A stretch of 63,268 nt of DNA, filler included, from Asterionella formosa (Eukaryota), in the NCBI GenBank assembly GCA_002256025.1. It is 21 parts of 21 records of this genome, joined end to end, with 100 filler letters (N's around TTAATTAATTAA, not from the genome) between each part and the next. Parts side by side here need not be neighbours in the genome. Positions count along the whole stretch, not along the records: positions 61,582 to 63,268 come from NKIB01001494.1; 20 more parts are not named here. One strand, given 5' to 3'. The notes beneath the pieces are model-generated. The model searched no databases. It was not told the origin of the DNA and saw only the letters and a list, made by a program, of their open reading frames with translations. Below, piece after piece: positions 61,582-63,268 of this stretch. A program made the position numbers and the translations under genes. Position 1 is the stretch's first letter, and the number at the start of each line of letters is the position of its first letter.

Positions 61582-62955
61582 TACAATGCAGTCTCTTGCT
61601 ACAGATACTGAAGTCGATCGATTTGTTGACTCCCTCATACTTCCTGATGACTTTGTGCTTGATAGTGAAAGGACAAAGGTGATTTTCATCAAAGGTGTTG
61701 CAATGAAGCAGATCTTGGTCAAGGTTCTCCGAAAAATTTGCGTCAGATACAAAGTTTCTGGATACAAAAATGCGAAGAAGGCTTTCACTGTTGCTTTGAT
61801 TGCTCGACTTTTGAAGAGAGAAAGCTTGTCACAAAGGATATACCCTAGATCTTTCATTGTCAATGAATCAGACATTGAATTGGATAGTGATAATGATAAT
61901 CACGAAGATTCATCAATTAATGATGAGGAATTCAAAGACGATGAAGATTGCGAAGATGATAATGATGAAAGGAACGAAAAAGTTCAAGAGGCAACAGCAG
62001 TGCAGCCACATGAGTCTTTGGTCGATCCTCAGTTTGAACATGAGGAAGTGAACCCTCCTGTGAAAAAGGCAAAAAAGAATAAGGCACAGGCAAAGTCAAC
62101 CCCTCCAGATGCTGTGACCTGCATCAACACATACTTCCGTGTCATTAATGTCTACATGTGCAACAAGCATCGCAGTGATGTTTTGCGTCTAGGTCAGCCA
62201 CCAACTCCGGCTGAACTTGATGCAAGAAGATTTCGACACAAGTTCATTTTCGATCGACTTGTTGTCACATATAATGATGATGAGGATGACGACTGCATCA
62301 TTCTAGCATTTCCCGAAGATGAATACTGGGACCAAGTTGGAATTGATGCTGAATACGCAAAAAAATATGATGTCCTCACTTCCAAAGACTTTTCAATGGT
62401 AATGGGATACATTAATCATCATTATCAAGTTGCCTATCGAAAAAACAAACAATCAGGCAATCATGATGATTTTGTCAAATTTGTTGGGTCACGTCATTTC
62501 CTATATTACTACCATCTTTGGTTGTGTCAAGTTCCACATCTATTGAATTTTGCTGTACCACTGTTACCACAATATGCCTACCGTGAGAGTATAGACATTG
62601 ACGATACTGCCACTACATTGTCATCAAAATCAAAATCTTCAAGCAATTTCAGTGTTAGAAAGAAGGGAAGACATGCAATCTTGACGCAAAAACCTACATC
62701 ATCTTCTCAAAATCTTGCAAGTGCATTGGAATCATTTGAGAAGTCAAATGTTGCAAAACTCAGACTGCTAGAGTCTACAACTGCACTTATCAGGTCCGAC
62801 TAAGAGTTGCGCGGGAGGAACTGGAAGAACTCGAAAATAAAGATTATGACTCTTTAAGTTCTGACATTGTCCAAGCTCGTTTAGAAATTGCATTGTGTAA
62901 AAGAAAGCGTGATCAGGTCTTCAATCTCTTGTCTCAAGGTGACACATTGAAATGA
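61582..62955 (+). mobile_element. Probable PIF/Harbinger accessory ORF, with frameshifted coiled-coil tail
   Basis: 405-codon ORF with acidic tract and SGNHDDFVKF...YYYHLWL. After about 62795 another frame reads RLRVAREELEELE... to TGA at 62955. Converges on a transposase-like C-terminus. Confidence 0.55.
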
Positions 62956-62985
62956 ATAATTTGTTTTTCAACGATCAATTATAAT

Positions 62986-63268
62986 CTACATTAAATTTAA
63001 TTCATGTAATTCCAACCTTTTTCTTTCAATATTACCTGGAGGTCTTTGCAAACCCATGTTAGCAATTCTTTCAAGAATAACATCTCGAATGACAGAAGTA
63101 CCAGGCATTACATCCAATTTCTCAACCGTTGGCAAATATCCCCAACCAAGTGGAGAATTGTAGACTGGGGTGATTTCAGCTAAAATCTCCTGGATGTCAT
63201 CTGCCTCATCACTTCCAGGTAACCCAGAAATATCCTTATCAACTTTATTTTCGTCCATGACATAATTG
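62986..63268 (-). mobile_element. Probable C-terminus of a PIF/Harbinger (DDE_Tnp_4) transposase
   Basis: The frame enters from the window edge as NYVMDE (tail of an LHN[F/Y] motif) and ends IRDVILERIANMGLQRP. Confidence 0.55.

Overview
Eukaryotic nuclear DNA, most likely from a diatom (signal-peptide+F bipartite plastid presequences, short GT-AG introns, CoDi-like Ty1/copia elements, diatom-type HSF). The window is not contiguous. It is 21 contigs joined by 20 artificial 100-nt linkers (Ns with TTAATTAATTAA): twenty contigs of about 1.69 kb and one of 27.5 kb (16124-43598), so adjacency across linkers means nothing. The long contig holds ordinary genes (prolyl 4-hydroxylase-like, CREST-type membrane protein, LRR receptor-like, Rab-GAP TBC, ankyrin, SAL1/HAL2-like phosphatase, CRAL-TRIO, PITH, reeler-like). 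The short contigs hold copia fragments, a Plavaka-type transposase, a probable PIF/Harbinger ORF pair, FUN14, HSF, CIA30, tRNA-Leu(CAG) and repeats. The best novelty candidate is a repeated element whose two copies each carry one arm of a ~120-nt duplex (45045-45162 and 55565-55681). The duplex has tandem G.A/A.G mismatches about every 16 nt and a G.T/U wobble bias, which points to a selected single-stranded rod. Other candidates: a ~490-nt densely folded non-coding domain beside an internally deleted copia (53228-53711), a ~20-copy CCAATACAAGG array (57418-57894), a TACC(W)GGTA motif clustered at gene 5' ends, and twin contigs that differ only in a 56-bp patch. All calls are by-eye, with no database searches or folding programs run.
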